A stretch of DNA of 64,000 bases, taken from Orbicella franksi. Its lineage: Eukaryota. This document shows positions 11,801 to 24,986 of this stretch, piece by piece; position 1 is the stretch's first letter; every line of letters begins with the position of its first letter. The position numbers and the translations under genes were made by a program. The notes under the pieces were generated by a model that was not told the origin of the DNA, searched no databases, and saw only the letters and a list, made by a program, of their open reading frames with translations. The stretch is taken from assembly GCA_964199315.1 (NCBI GenBank), contig OZ116698.1, positions 23,002,001 to 23,066,000 of the forward strand, read 5' to 3'.

Positions 11801-14800
11801 GACACGAAAATTATGACATTGCCAGTGCGTTCGAGAAGCTATGGTGGAAGCCCTATATGCCTCACAAGGGGCAAAGAGGATTAAGTCAAGTAAGTCAAAA
11901 CCATTTGCTTTTCTATGCGGTTGTGTTTTTAAAAGCCACAAAAAAATACAACGCGATTAAAAGATCATAAAGAGGAAAACATCCTGTTCCATACAAAACC
12001 TGGTCAGTCCCTCCCAACCACCCCCTCCTCCCTCTCCTCTCCACCCCCTCTCCCCCCCCCCTCCAAAAATAATAATATTCTGAGCATACCTTTCTTCCCG
12101 CTTCATTGTTGTGCTGTGTGATAAACTTTGACAAGTCTTTCTCAGGATTCTTATCCGGGTCCATAAACTCTTTAGAGTATCTGCTGCCGAATCCAAAGTC
12201 CTCGGAGCATCCGCCCCATTCCCAGCTCGCTTCCCCAGCTTTCTGGCCCCTTTTTTGAGGCTGAGAAGCACAGTTACAGACATCCCAGTCACCCAGACTG
12301 CAGCCCTTGGTTATCTGGTAGGCCACGCCTGCAGCGGCAATAGCGTTCAGGTACGAACTCTCTCTGGTATCTAAAGAAAAGGAGGAGTAAGAAAGAAAAA
12401 AACGAATCCACTGAGTGGAAAGAGGCGACACTAGAATACGACTAATAAATGACGATCTTCGCCGGAAAATCTTGTGAAATTCTAGTATCTATTGGTTTAG
12501 TCACTGCAGTTACTAAGCAAACGGGCATCATCATTCATGACTACTGCATGCTAACTATTACAGAAATGGTCGGAAAATGACATACGGTGCATCAAAATAA
12601 GAAACGTCGGGCGGTAGAATCACAACCGATGCATACAAACTCTTACAAACGGCGGGAGAAAAGGAAGGGGGGCTTAAAATTATGAGAGAAGGAGAAACGA
12701 GGGACCCTTGCAATTCTAGAGGACATAAACAGTAACTGACAGTAACTGACAGTAACTCTTCATTCTCGTTCTCACTGCGCGCAAAACAAGGTTGTCACTT
12801 TGCATGTGCACGACAAAGATGACTCGGGGGCAATGATTTGTACTTCTATCGTCAAGTCTTAATATCGTTTAATTTCTCCAACAGATATATTATCGTTATG
12901 TTATCGTTTGCCCCTGCTTCCTAAAACCTGTGAGGTAATTGGCACTTGTCCTGGGAAACGAGACGAGAAAAGACTTCAAGGCGCCTAACAAGCGCTTATT
13001 TACACACCAAAGTTACATAACATCATAAGTTATTTTAAAGATGTCCACGCAAAATAAAAATTTGTCTAGTTTCCGAACCTTGTGATGCAATTCGGTACGT
13101 TAGCTAAACTACTTTACGAACTGAGCAAGGAAAACGTGACTTAGAAAAAGACCTAACAGTTCAACAGTTCCTAAGTTTGGAACTGTTTACACTTACGTGA
13201 AAATTTATGATCAACTTGAGGTCAACTTGCCAATGTTCACTTAGCACCGTACTGCATTTTAAAGAGTTTTGCATGTTCTGTTGTATTTGACGATCAAACT
13301 TGATTTCATCCGCCTCCCGTGTAGTCTTCCACTTACGTTTGGCATCCTTGAATGTGTAAACTCAATCCAAGACTTTGCAAGGCTAATGCTTATACCTTGA
13401 AAACGAACATACAAGCCAGAATACAAGAGCGTTCTTGATTCTCTGGCTCTTAAGCCAACGAACGCCCAAATTTTAATTTTCTAATTTTCTATCTCTGCGA
13501 GACGTTTTTTGCAATGAACGTGCACGTTTGCATGAGCCATCTTGTTGTGTATAAAGACCTAGCGACTTTCTTTACTTGTCCTCACAGAAGTTAAATCGCT
13601 CAGCAACCAATTAATTATTTTGGAGCTGAATTCAAAGCTGTACCGTTCTGTTGTAATCCGATGTCTAGACCATGGCCATTAGATTTTCGGCCAGTTCTTC
13701 TCTCTGATGGCGTTGAAACTCTAGAATCTTGCCTCAACTATGGATATTACGAGGCAGTTATCTGAAATATATACTGTATATGAGAATATGATGTTGAAGA
13801 GTATTATATTCTGACTGATCAGTTTACAATCACGTACACATGAAGTCTACAAAGCCAGTCAGCAATACAGGAAAGTCAAGTCTAGAGAAAAAAAATCACT
13901 CAAGCAGAATGTTTACATTTTTTCCCCAGTAAATCAGTTATGCTACACAAAAGGCGACTAAGTAATAAAGTGAAACAGTCTAAAATTTAGAAACTTGTAT
14001 AAAAAAGTTCTGCAAGGAATGAAACTACCTTACGGAAAACTCGCAAGTGCTACATGTAGTCTTGAAGTTGTAAAACATGAACATTAAGCTTCCCTGCAAG
14101 AAATTGATTACGAATTAAGCAGGAATTCACAGAGCAGCTACATCAATTTGGAATTCTCGGCTCTGGAGAATTCTAAACTGTCACATTTGATCTACAGTAC
14201 CGGTCAAAACTTTGCAAAACCTCCCCTGTTGCTTCGCGCGAGGTACGACCGGCTACAAATGAACTGTATTGACGTCAAAATGCGAGCGATTCAAAAGAAC
14301 CCCAACCGTCTTTTCAGTTAAACAAAAGAAACAGCCAATAACATCGTCCGTGGAACAATCTTTAATCCCGTGCTCACCCTCAGAAATAATAAATGATAAT
14401 AATAAAGATTGGCAGAATATTAGAACGGAAAAAGTTTCATAAAGGATCTTTCCGAATACCCCGCGGGCTGATGACGCTAAATCCACCTGATTACTTGTTA
14501 GGCTTGAGAACGTGCGGCACGCTATAAAGAATCGAGAGAGTTTTAATAAGTTCAGAAAAAACTCAATGTTTGGGCCGTGAGATCATTTTCCGTCCACTTT
14601 TCCTGTGCCTTTGTTAACAGAAGCGAACTTAGTTTACTGTTTGTTCTTCTACTCGTTTTCATACATTGCTTTCAAGTAGCAATCTCTCGTAGTGGGACAT
14701 TTCTAAAACAACGACCAAGTTTGCACCCCGGGTTTGCATAGAAAGGGGCGGGGAAATGGGCTTGTTTTGAGACATAAACCGCGCTTGAACCTTTCAGTTG

Positions 14801-17800
14801 ATGATTTTTTAAATTCTCTTCACTTTGCTACAAGACAATGTAGTGATATTGTTTGGAGAAATTAAGCGACGATCACAAGAGTTGAAGAGCAGCAGACGAA
14901 ACTTCGAGACTAGAAGAGTTGGACCAACCCGGGTAGAAGCTAATACCAATTTAAACAGAATAAACATTTTTCGATTTTAGAACAAACAGCTCTATCAGCA
15001 CCTTTAAACACCTTTCAAACTGGCGTGTTTACCAAAGTACAAAAAAATGTCGAGTTCATTCTGGTTGTATTCTTTTCCAGAGTTCACGTCACGCTTTTAA
15101 AACAGCAATACCAAAGGTATTCAAATGCCATTCTTTTAGAACAACACCAAGCAAACGAACACACGTCTGATTCTGACAAAGCCATTGTTCAAAAGCCAAT
15201 TTAAAAGAAAATTACCAAACCTTGTTTGAAGTTGTGATGGACCGAACAACCCACAATTACCCTCATTCTTTATAATTACCGCCTGAAGTGTTGTCTTTTT
15301 CTATTTCCCATTTCACGATGGGTAATTTTTCGCGACCGATAATTTCACGCAAGACAAAGGTTCTGAAAAGACATTAATGCCTTAAGGGTATCCAGGAGAA
15401 TAATGGCGAGAAGGCAGTGCAATTATTTGCTAAAAGATTAATGATAACTTTGCGGAATAAATCTCTTTCGGGATTATTTTCTACCAGTTTTGAGAGAACT
15501 TGTCAGGGTTGACTTGACCCAAGAAGGGAAAAGTTGATCGAGCGTTTAGCGACACCGAAAGTTGAGTTTTCAAACGAGCCGACCAAAACCGACGAAACTA
15601 AGTTGAAAGGTTTTGCTTGGACAATGTTTTAATCTGTAAATCAACAGACATTTCGGCTCCTGATTTCTTCGAGCAATGATCCACAGGAAAAAAGTGTTCC
15701 GTGTTACGATGTTTACAGAGGCAAAAGCCAGTCAGACTAATGTGTGTGATGTCAATTACTTTTTTGTTGTGGTGAATTCCACAGGAAACCAAAAACATTG
15801 ACGCAAGTACAGCTAATTTCTATTCTCTCTCTGCTTCTTCCCTGCGATAAGCCGGCCCACGCTTGCGTGGAGCGCTACACGGGTCAAGGATATTTCAAAG
15901 TGATCGTTGAAGAAAGAAACGGAAATTAAAAGCCCACCCGAAATCACAGCAAGGCGCGCAGGTTCACGACCGCGTGTGAAATAGAGTGTATTGGACACCC
16001 TTAATAACAGCAAAGTTGTAATGTGTTTGTTTTCAAAATGTCTTCGACTCCTCTCTAGATGACTGTTGAAAAACCGGAAAACAAAAGAAAACCGCTAGAG
16101 TTACCCTGATATTCCATTACTCTAATGAAAAGCGGCCATTACGGCTGAGAGTCTGATATAGGCCCGCGAGATTAGCGATACAACACACGTCGTAAACAAA
16201 TTGACACTTCACGTCAGAGTTTTCCATGAGAAGCATTAAGTTATCTATGCTGTGTACACATAAGAGGACATATTTCAACGTCTGTGTGGCCCCAGATAAC
16301 GTGGATCAAAGAGAAGAGGTATTAATTGAGCCTGGTGCAGGCCTGCTCGCCAATAATCACACAAACAGCCGTTTTTCGCATAGGAAGTCATCGCGAATAT
16401 GCTTTCTTGAGGTGACTTCAGGGACAGTCCGGTGTAGTTTTCAAAGAAAACACTGTGGACGTCTTGTTCATATTTATCTAGCAAAGGCCGCCAAATCCAC
16501 GAATGATCTCTCTCATACGGCATTTAGCTTTAAAGTTGATGGTACTTTGGTATGCAAACACTATAGCTGCTTGAACCTTCTTACGTATTAACTGATAAAA
16601 GTAATAATTTCGTGCCTGGGAACGCGAAATATTGCCGATGACTTTTCGCCTTAAAAGGGATGGGGGAGGAACTAACTTTCTAAAATGTGTTTGAACTTTG
16701 GATCAGTGTTTGCTTGGATGCAAATTTCCAAGACATTTCCTAAGCCTGCTAGATTCGTTTCACATGTGTAACAAAAGTGCCGGCCGACTCGTTAGGGTCA
16801 AGTTGTCGCGACTGCAAAAAAAAGTTGAAAAAAACCCGCCCGAAACGTTTCGCGCGACAAGAACTTTCAGCACGGTAACAATGCGAGATTCGCGGTCGAA
16901 AACTGTTGTTGAAAGGTTGTTTGAAACTGTTTAGAAACACAAACGAATAGAGGAGGGCGTTGAGATGTCCAAAAAACGAACAAAACCAATAACTCCGCTC
17001 AAAGGAGCACCCTGCAGGTAAAAAATGCCTGCACTGAGAAACATTAACAAACTAGCACTAGGCGGTGAGCAGCCTTAGGGCTTGTTTGAACTCAGCAAAT
17101 GCCACGCAACATTTCCAGCGCCCGTCAAACTTATTCCAGACCAGCAGATTGCTTGATAGACACGGACTGCCAAGCTGCTCTGAAGTGGGAATTACGCGGA
17201 TTTTTGAAACAAAATATTTCCTCATGTGTTCTTCATGAAGGCACATATGCATTCCAGTTGGTATACAGACCGCAACAGCGGCCCGAACCGCATTGCAACC
17301 ACCACATCACAACTTACACTGAAGCGAATCAACGCTACAAGGCCAGCTTATCTTTTCCCTTGGTTCTCAAAATATCGGTGAAAGATAAGGACAGTTCAGG
17401 AAATGTACGATAATAATGTTGTAGGTAGAACGTGGAACGGAAGCGGGGTTGGAACCCTACATTGCTGAATGTTAAAGGAAAGGAAATAAAAGTTTAGAAC
17501 ATGCGTAACTTACTCGTCTTGAGCATTCTTTCTCTTTGAAAAACGTCTGCGATCGTAACGCCGGAGCAGTTCCATCGGCGATCAGTAAACTGACTCCTGC
17601 ACTCTTTTAGGCCCAGTTCGACACCGTCCCGAGCGCTCAAGCCAAGCAACGGTTCCTCTTTACACTTCTTTAGTTGAGGATCCTTGAGCCAAGAACAAAA
17701 TCTCAAGGCAGCTTCGTTACGGGGTTGCCTGCAGAGAGAAGAGGAAAACAAGTGAGCCCGGGTACCGCCGTGTGTAGACTGTAACTGTTCATATCGAGAC

Positions 17801-18049
17801 CACCCTAGCACGAGCAAGACCCTAATAACCTTGTACGCGCTAGATGAAACATTGTAGTTCGCTTTCAACTCAACGACCTCCTCTCGACGCCTCAATTACC
17901 ATCCAAGTAGTTCTCGCTTCGTGGTGAAAATTTCCCACTTTGGAACAGATATTAAACAATAATCTGACTCACCTGGTCTTTTTGCGCCCGTCTATCGCAG
18001 CAAGAACGATGAAAGAGACAAAAGAGAGAAGCCAGACGCGCGCTCTCAT
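5844..18049 (-). CDS. WntA: Wnt family secreted ligand, most similar to the WntA subfamily; 4 exons (18049-17973, 17728-17514, 12370-12090, 6332-5844), 353 aa
   Basis: The spliced protein starts with a signal peptide (MRARVWLLSFVSFIVLAAIDG). It carries the Wnt hallmarks ECRSQFTDRRWNCS, TRESSYLNAI, WEWGGCSED, HNNEAGRK, CKCHGVSGSC (lipidated Ser motif), SPDFC, CCGRGYN and the C-terminal CNCTFIWCCHVKCDWC...HTCK. All introns are GT-AG and the phases sum to 1062 nt. Wnt identity is essentially certain; the WntA subfamily call (e.g. SGSCTIRVCW, WGGCSED) is only about 0.6 and needs a phylogeny. Confidence 0.95.
6441..6687. mobile_element. PIF/Harbinger-type MITE
   Basis: Terminal inverted repeats GGCAGGTCAAACGTCGAACTTCACAT / ATGTGAAGTTCGACGTTTGACCTACGCC are flanked by a TTA target-site duplication (6438-6440, 6688-6690). 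GTCAAACGTCGA subrepeats occur inside. Confidence 0.8.
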
Positions 18050-21000
18050 CGTGTGTTTTTTTCTATGTTTCCCGTTTGTCGTAGGCGGCTTAAAAGTGTC
18101 TCGCTGAAAAGCTCCGAGATGAACGGACTCGTGTGATTGCTTAATGGCTTGTATCTGTCAATCTAAGAAGTCGCTTGAAGTTTTCACTTGAATTTAATAG
18201 TAAAAGTCGCGGTCCTCTTCTCTCCCGCGGCCTTGTTAACACGTTTTCAAGTAGCGTTGATTTAGCTATTCGGGCAAACACTTCTCGTATACTTGTGTAG
18301 CGCTTGAGGTCAAGAACGTACTTAATAAACAACGGCTCTCATCGCTTGAACGCCTTCGCAAGCCAGTAATCTTGGCAATTTCGCGATTAAAATGAACCGA
18401 AACAAGGCAATCGGCCGGAAGAATGGGTCTTGAAAAACGACGCGCGTTGATTGGCCACAGCTCCCTTTGTCCTAGATCGCCTCTATTTTTCCAATAAATC
18501 ATCTAATAACATCGAGACAAAACGCTTGTCAAAACAAAACCCGACTTAAGACCGAATTCAAATTCATAAGGGCCGGAAACCACGGAATGGTTCGAGGCAA
18601 TACGCTCAACGAACAGACAGTCCCGCTTAATTTGATCAATAAACTCCAACTGTCCTGAGGAATGATTGTTGCTAATTTCGGCAAATCCGTCTTGATAAGG
18701 AAAAAGTTACGCCGACCGCGTATAAATTCCAGCACAATTACCCACTCAAACCTTCACTAATTAAACGTTTCATTGTTGTTTATTAAAGTTGAAACGTGCG
18801 ACCCTCTATTATGCCCGATTCCAATAGCAATTTTCTTGTTTGCGCTCCCCAAGTCGCAGTGTATTGCACGTTCGAGTATCCCAGACGGTGAATTTGATAT
18901 GTCCTTGTTTTCACAGTGATAGATCGTTATATAAAATGAAAAACTATCATGCTCGGTGGATAGCTGTACCCAGCCATGCCGAAAATAACTTTGGTGTAGA
19001 TGCAAAGGGTTCTTTTGTCAATCGGCACCTCTTTGAGATCGATTTGAGTACAAAAAGAAAAGAATTGAGCTATCTCTTATCTAGCGCGGAAAATTCTGGT
19101 CTAGATTGCCGAACATGCTGGTAATTTGTCGTGGAAATGACTTTATCGAATCTAGCCTTGCTCTCTTTTTTGAGATGAATCAATGACACTTAGGTCAACA
19201 GTTCAGAATGATTCAGATGTAATTAAAGCAATCTTCGCTCGATAAAATTAATCACAGGCAAGATAATTTTCTCTATCGAGGCCTGCCATCATTTATTACT
19301 GCAACTTGATTGTTTGGAAAACACATCAGGGTGACTAACCAACGCCGGTTTTCTTTGCGTTTCGCTATTTTGTTGTGCAAGCATTTACGGAATTCCATCA
19401 AAAACGAATCAACGGCAAAATTTAAGAGATTCGCGTGTTTTTTAAAACGCCTGTTAAGAGGGCCAAAAGATTGCGGAAAGAACGTGACAAGGACAACGAC
19501 CCAATAGACAATAAAATTCAAGAAACATGAACGAGTGTACGAATTGCGTAAGACAAATATAAGGAAGAGTCGCTAACACAGAAATGGAGCAGAGATTCTA
19601 TTAGAACCGAAATTCAATATCCGGCGAGTGTTAAATCCTAATGATTGTTTTTTTGTTTTTCAGCCCGACTCGTTAAAACATATAAATTGCCGAAACGCCT
19701 CCGATTACCGCAGAAATAAGGCGAAAAATATTAAAAATTTGTCCGTTCAAGCGTGCGCGCCTAGCCTACCCCTGAATGTCGCTCTAGACAATGTCATTAT
19801 AAAGTACTTTATTGTTCATTAAATTTGGCAAATGTCCGAAAAGTTTCTCTAACTTTAATATAGGGAAGGCTATTTTTTGTTGACAAAAGAGACAGGAAAT
19901 CTGAAATAACACAATATTAATAATTTTGTAAATGAAGAAATCGGTTGCAATGCAATTTTTTTTTTTGTTGCGCGCGGAAATGTTGGAAAGATGTTAATCC
20001 AGTGCCTTTATAAGTTAGTATTTTGTTTGACCATCTTGCTCTTTAGTCTCGCCAAATCGCGGCATTTTCAAGTCTCTTTGTTCCGAGGAGGAATAAAAAG
20101 ATGTAATTATAGTTCCAAAACAGTGGCAACTTAAAATAAATATCCGATATAAAGGATGTTTGCCAACAATGTTTTTAGGCTTCGTATTAATGTCAGTAAA
20201 AATCAACAAATCGCCCACTACTGAGTCTGCGAGTTCACTTTGGAAATTTGATGAGGTTCAAAGAAGGCCAGATGCTTAAAAAGAATTGCTTTATCTAGTA
20301 ATGGAAAGCATTGGACTTCAAAACGCCCCTTTTCATTTGGAACGATTTCTTTTCTTATTAACCAAACCCAAAATTGAGGCATTGTGACAAATATTTCTCT
20401 TGCTTTCTGTGATGCGACTCAAAACGGAAAACCGACTCAAAGATAACAAAGTTGGCGCTATCTCTATCACTCTGTCATGAAAGGCCAATCGATAAATTTA
20501 TCTCCAAAAATGAAACGATAGATCTTCTTAGAGGTTAAGTGCCGGATTAACACAAACTGTTGAGTAAACAAAAAGACTTTAATACGGTAAATGTGGTAAT
20601 GGTTAATTCTCGCAGGGCGTTAGCTTTGATATAGACAGGTGTTTTTCACATTTGAAAGTGCCTGCGAGTCCCAATTAAATTCGACGTAAAATATCATTAT
20701 GTGTATTTGGTTCTCCTAACGTAAATAAAGCACAACCGGATTGACCAAAATGGCCAAATACAAGCAGGGAACCTTAACAAATCAACGGGTTTCCGCGAAG
20801 ATTCTGGATAAGTTTTGATTTTGCCGTTCCAAATCGCGTGTCAATGACGGATTTTTTGCCAATTCATCAGTAGTCACCATTTTTTTTTACATAGGAGTTT
20901 CAATAAAAGGATCGTCCCTTTTCAGCAGGGTGCCATCGAATTGTTTCTATAAAAATGTTTGACCTTTCAAATGTGGGATTTTTAAACACTATTCACTGAT

Positions 21001-23831
21001 ATCGGGCAACTACGACCTTCGTTATAGTACATCTGCACAGCGACTTGAACAATATAGGGACACGCCAAGACTATTGAAAACAGATTTGCCTGGTGAATTG
21101 CGCGGTATCAGCTGTTTTCAGCTGATTTCATTTCACAAACACAACGTTTTCTTCTACATGTCATATGCTTTTGCAAACAGAGCAAGTTTTTCTCCACGGC
21201 CGGAAATTGAAAAAGAACACGAAAGAACACTGAGCTTTTCCATCTCAACAATACAAGGAACGCTGACTGTAGACGAAAGCTTGCCACATTGTAAAAAAAT
21301 CATTGGTAACCCCATAATTCAAGTGATTCAAATAAAGGAAAGCCGTAATATTTTTGCAGTGTGCCTGATAATCTCCGCATAAAAGAAAAAAGATCAGAGA
21401 AATAATACAAATTAAAACACAATGTTAGAGGCCATCTGTATAACCCTCTGTCGAAATTTCCTCAGCTGTTTTTCACTCAAGATGTTCAGAATTAAAAACA
21501 CGTTTTGAAAAAAACACATTAAACGTGTAGGCTTTAACACGCGAGCGAAACATACTTGCGTAAAGATAATAAATCTGACCGGTAGAAATCGAACTTGTCA
21601 AAAGTATTTTCGGACGATAAGAATGTACCCCTTGATGAAGATAGAAAGTTCTCTGTAACATGGTTAACCCGACCGGAGATGACTTTCGGAAGACTTGAAA
21701 TGCATGTCTGATGCATTTTTCTGAATAAAAAATAACTGATTCTTGTCTATGCAAGATAAACCTTTTCAAAACATACACTTGTTTTGGAAACCCCTTTGAA
21801 TTCGCACACTAAGGCACAGCACGCTTGTGACGCGTGGTTAGAAAGCGTGCGTCTTTCGTATCAATAGCAATAGTGATGAACACAAGAGCGAAAGCTACAA
21901 CATAAAACAGTTACAGGTGTTAACAGAGCCAGAGCCAGTACCCTTTAATTTATACTAAAGATATCTCAAGCAATCAAAGTGAAATTTCGTATTATTAAAA
22001 AATAATCATCGATCCAAAACGTTCGTGTAAATGGAGTTGTCAAATTGTTTTAATTTGTTTACCCTATCTAGACTTGTCGAAAATTGATCCACGGTGTTTA
22101 TCGATCTCTTGGCACAGGCTAGCTGAGGAGAGGAAACAAGCCAAGAACAGGCAAGGCAGCAGATGGTAAAATGAATCTACGGTCAATATCACCACAGGGA
22201 GGCGAATCAAGACTGATTGTGTGATAAACACAGACTTCATTCATGTGGCTCACAGATGGTCTCTATGCTGGTGTTTTTAACGTTCATGCACGCAAACGGA
22301 TTATTTCCATTTGTAAATCGTCTACAAATTATCTCGTGAAAAAATGTGCCACCAATTTCGGCACTTAAGTGAATGTTGCCGAATTCTCTAAATTTTCGTT
22401 GTATTTTTAGCCGCGGTAAGCCGCGAGTAATGACCGAACATTTCTTCACATCTATTCAAAGGACACTGATACCTCTTGCACGATGACATTCGAATAGAGA
22501 TAATTCGAAAAGAACTGTTTGTTTTACGCTCACCAGGCTATCTTTTCGCATTCAAAAAGCAATCAGGAATTAATTTTGTTTTGATAACACTTCTATTTCA
22601 AAATTGAAGTTCACTTGAAAAGTAGCAGGGAACAATGATCTTTCAACCTAGTGTAAGGAAAGTCGCACAAAACTTTGTTCTGTGCGGGTTTTAATCCATT
22701 GTCTGCAGAGCAAAAAGTTGTTCACAGATGTAATCTCCTAACAGCTGGTGAGTGATAAATAATAGTTTTCTTTAGAAAAACCGGAACTTTTCAGTAACTA
22801 TGTAGAGTCCTCGTAACAGATCGCGCTTTCTTTTTTCTTTTCATATGTTTTCAATCAAGTTTCCTAAAGTCTGCACCTCACTGCAGGAGTGTTTCAAATT
22901 AGGCTTAGCTATTTTCACAGGCAATTCAAATCATCGCCGGAAGCCTTTTGCAGAAAATAAAAAAAGTTGGTTGGATATACGCTCTGTAATGAGTCACAAC
23001 CGTTCAGAGTGCCTTGAATGCTCTGTCTACCTTAAAAGGACCCTTTTTAAGCTCCTCTCTCTAATGAGCTACTTCTAGAGTTTCAATTTATAATATAAAC
23101 CCCCTTCCGCTCGGGTTCCAAGGAGAATACTAATAATCCTTTTCGTTCTATGGTCCATGTAAGTGCCAGTTCCGATGAGCCATCTGTATGGGTTCTCTGA
23201 TTTCGTAAGATTTCCCTGCAGTTGAGGAGTACAGTAGAAGAACATGCAGAGTAGAAAAGACGACTGCATAAGTATCAACTTCGTTGTTTTGCCGGAGTGC
23301 TTATGTTATCTCTTAGAATCATCAAGCTCTTTACGCACACTTCAACGTCAGTCGCAGTTAGGAACACAGATACGGTCACACAAAGTCCTAATAGTGACGT
23401 TATGTTGACGTTCATATTTTGTTGACCACTGATAGGATCCTCAGCTACACCATAGCAGATACACTTAGGTTGGACGCTGTTCAGTTTCCACTCTTGGTGA
23501 TGTGGGTTACGCTGACGATATGGCCCTTCTCTGCCACACAGCGTTGCACACAGGCAAGCAAAACTGTCGGGCAACTTTTAAAACTGTTGCCGGATCGAAA
23601 AAAAATGTGCTTGAAAATCAATAGAAGACCAAAAACATCTGGAAGAGCCGGCAAGAACAAACACACCAGAACGAGGTTGGTGTGGTATCACACTCCGAGT
23701 GTTGCATCTCACTATAAGGAGATAAATCTTCCTCCAATACTTCCTGCCTTTTACGCCACGAACATCAAGAAGAACGCTTATTTGTTTACTGCATGGCTGC
23801 AGACACTTACGATATCTTATATAGATATTTT

Positions 23832-24290
23832 GGAGCACGGTGACCTAATAGTTAGCGCGCTGGACTCACTGTTGATTGGACCGCTTTCGAGCCCTGCCCG
23901 GGGTCATGGTGTTGTGTTCTTGGGCAAGACACTTTTCACCTCTCTCCACCCAGGAGTACGACTAAATCATAATTAAGACTGCTTAGTGTAACTTTTCCAC
24001 TCACGTAGAGATTTGAGGAATAAAGACCAACTGCTCGCAGCTTACACCAACTGCTCGCAGTTTACACCAACTGGGTACCGGTGCATACTTAGACCAACCT
24101 GACAAAATGCTGCGTAGTGGGGGGGAGGGAGAATTTTTAGCGGCACACTTAGATCAACCTGACAAAATGCTGGGGGAGAAGGTAACCTTGTGATGGACTA
24201 ACATTCCACTCCTTGGGAGGGTAGCCATACTGCTAGACACTTCATGCTGCAGGGTTAAACGTCCACACTGATGAGCCACTGGGCTCCTCC
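23832..24290 (+). mobile_element. Degenerate, interrupted copy of the same SINE family
   Basis: The 5' half (23832-23958) has the tRNA-like head and CTCTCCACCCAGG. The 3' half (about 24175-24290) has GGTAACCTTGTGATGGACTAAC. Unrelated sequence separates the two. Confidence 0.55.
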
Positions 24291-24986
24291 AATCCACTGG
24301 ATTGGGACAGACTTCTTTGCCAACATGCAAAAAGTTTAGAAGCCAGTGCGTGCTCAAGCCTTGCCGGAAAGATTAACATAAACACAAGAAAGGTGAAGAA
24401 ACAAATTCAAATCGGCGATTTCCAGGTTCATTCATGAAAGTTCACAGAACGATTATTACAAAAATTGTATTATGACAGGAATTATTTGACACCAGATTCT
24501 CACACAAAACATTGTATTCTACGACTGGTTAGATTCGCACCAATTTTAAAAAGGTGAAACTGCGAACTGGTCATTGCTAAAAGAATTAGTCATGGCGGAA
24601 GTCATCACCCAGTTATACGTATTCTGCGTATAAGCCTGTATCAGATCAGCATGATCTTGGTAACATCATGCACTATGCCCAAGTCCACATTTATAGAAAC
24701 ACATGAAAAACCATTGAGAACAAAAGTATCTATGGTCCGGGTTAGGATTCTCCTGTTTGTCGTTGTTAGAAACGATATAAGGTTCTCCAAGTTTAACTTT
24801 ATGTATGCCTAAATGAAGAGTCTTGAAAACATGTCCATATCAAGCAATTGTTCAAGTGTTTTCTGATAACATCAGATCATTCGATTACTTCAATAAATGG
24901 ATTCCTACTTGTCCCCCGTCAGGTTAGTCATAGGATTCCTACTTGACTCGCTGATGCTCAACGTTGGCTGCTCGAGTGCCGAACCG

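Noticed and set aside
13335-13400. Possible extra Wnt exon (AG...GTAAGT bounded, about 59 nt)
   Set aside because: It would break the frame between exons 2 and 3 and encodes nothing Wnt-like.
5600-22000. TCF/LEF (CTTTG[AT][AT]) sites as evidence of Wnt autoregulation
   Set aside because: Scattered 7-mers occur at about the frequency expected in AT-rich DNA, with no obvious cluster.
23419-23976. 185-codon plus-strand ORF
   Set aside because: It has an alternative start codon and no recognisable motif, its 3' end translates SINE sequence, and there is no splice support.
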